64,000 nt of DNA from an uncultured Chlamydiae bacterium (lineage in GTDB: Bacteria; Chlamydiota; Chlamydiia; Chlamydiales; Parachlamydiaceae), in assembly GCA_963754655.1 (NCBI GenBank), contig CAVWGN010000001.1:2784001-2848000 (forward strand), written 5' to 3'. A program made the translations under genes and the position numbers. The first letter of the stretch is position 1. Every line of letters begins with the position of its first letter. Of this stretch, positions 62,907 through 64,000 are shown piece after piece. The notes beneath the pieces are model-generated. The model did no database searches. It saw only the letters and a list, made by a program, of their open reading frames with translations, and had not been told where the DNA came from.

Positions 62907-64000
62907 CTATCCTGCAATTGCCATAGCTTCTACAATGTCATCCACCGTTTTCTGCTCACGCTCTACGATTTTTTCGCAAACACGTTTGAGTTCATTAAAA
63001 TAAAGGCTATTGCTTGTAATCAGTCCTTTTTCAGCTTTTTTGCTTAGGCCGCGATCAATAGATTTGCTCTCTAATTCAGAAATTATATTTAAGCATTCTT
63101 GAGCTGTGATTTCGCCATTTATAACTTTTTTGCCTAAAAGCTGCTGAAATTCATATAAATCTGGCTTATTGATTTTATAGTCTTTGTTTAGGTTAAAAGG
63201 CAAAGAGATCGCTTCTTTTCCGACCTGAATCTCTACCATTCCAGCTGTGTGAGATTGAGTGGATCCCTTGATAAATCGGTTCCACCAACCAGTTGAACGA
63301 CTGTTAAATTTTACCTTAACACACTCTTTCTTGTTTGGATTCGTATCAATTAAAATGACACTTCCATTCACAAAATCATCAACTTTATTGAGGATAGCAT
63401 TCCGATGATGAATCGCTGCGCCCCCTCCAAGACCACCCGCCATTGCGCCAACCCAACCTCCTACGCTAAACCCAACCACTGCCCCGGGAATCACACCCAA
63501 GGCCACACTCAACGTTCCAAACTTATCGTCGCTAAGTTTTTTTCCATCTTTTAGATCTGTTGAAAGTTCATTTAATAAAATTGTAATATCTTTATTTCTT
63601 GCCTGGATATGATCCAACTCTTCTTTTGTGTCATCAATTTTTTGTTCGTATTCTCTTTTTACCTTTGCTTGGGCTTCAATTAACTCCAATTTATTTTTTG
63701 CACGCTCTATAGCCAGGATTGATTGACCATAGGCATTATGCTCCTTGTCCTGAGCGCATTCTAAAGCTTGCAACCCTATATCCATTTGCTCGTTTCCTTG
63801 CTTGATCACCTTCTGAGCAGCTAGACACTGCTCTTGAATCCTTTTTGCAATCTTAATGAATTTTTCTAGTTTTTCGCTGTCAGTGATCTCAGCTGTTTGA
63901 ACTAATTTAAATAATTCATCAAATTGCTTTAATGCGCGCATAAAGATTTTATTGGCATTTGCGAATCTTTTCTGACTTAAGTTAAAAGAATCTTTAGCAA
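62907..64000 (-). CDS. Coiled-coil protein with glycine-zipper hydrophobic hairpin (5' end beyond the window)
   Basis: Frame stays open to the window edge; LSVALGVIPGAVVGFSVGGWVGAMAGGLGGGAAI follows a long coiled coil. Confidence 0.65.
   Translation of the reverse strand, partial: AKDSFNLSQKRFANANKIFMRALKQFDELFKLVQTAEITDSEKLEKFIKIAKRIQEQCLAAQKVIKQGNEQMDIGLQALECAQDKEHNAYGQSILAIERAKNKLELIEAQAKVKREYEQKIDDTKEELDHIQARNKDITILLNELSTDLKDGKKLSDDKFGTLSVALGVIPGAVVGFSVGGWVGAMAGGLGGGAAIHHRNAILNKVDDFVNGSVILIDTNPNKKECVKVKFNSRSTGWWNRFIKGSTQSHTAGMVEIQVGKEAISLPFNLNKDYKINKPDLYEFQQLLGKKVINGEITAQECLNIISELESKSIDRGLSKKAEKGLITSNSLYFNELKRVCEKIVEREQKTVDDIVEAMAIAG

Overview
A 64-kb window from an environmental chlamydia (Parachlamydiaceae-like). 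The assignment rests on the gene orders grgA-gap-rplQ-rpoA, the S10/spc/alpha cluster lacking rpsJ/rpsN/rpmD/adk/rpsD, fmt-lpxA-fabZ-lpxC-lnt, and dac-rsbW-lptE-bamD. Positions ~1-22.5 kb are accessory: a queuine-salvage pair, a TPR chaperone plus putative secreted substrate, polX, an EndoG-like nuclease, a GH18 chitinase, a GMC oxidoreductase, a GT92 glycosyltransferase, HipBST-like and HigBA-like toxin-antitoxin modules, and decayed island remnants ending at tRNA-Leu(TAA). Positions ~22.8-64 kb are mostly core. Two things stand out. (1) A family of three-hairpin REP/REPIN-like elements is tied to an IS200-class HUH (Y1) TnpA. It appears next to an intact tnpA, around an internally deleted tnpA remnant, as a tandem array, as a relocated unit inside nested MITE-like ends, and as a 320-bp palindrome. 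Both IS256 copies in the window are inserted into it. (2) Four divergent paralogous membrane proteins lie at the position occupied by Chlamydia cap1/CT529, with a motif layout reminiscent of PEX11 (inference). Many essential genes carry 1-bp frameshifts, most likely assembly errors. All similarity calls are by eye; no searches were run.
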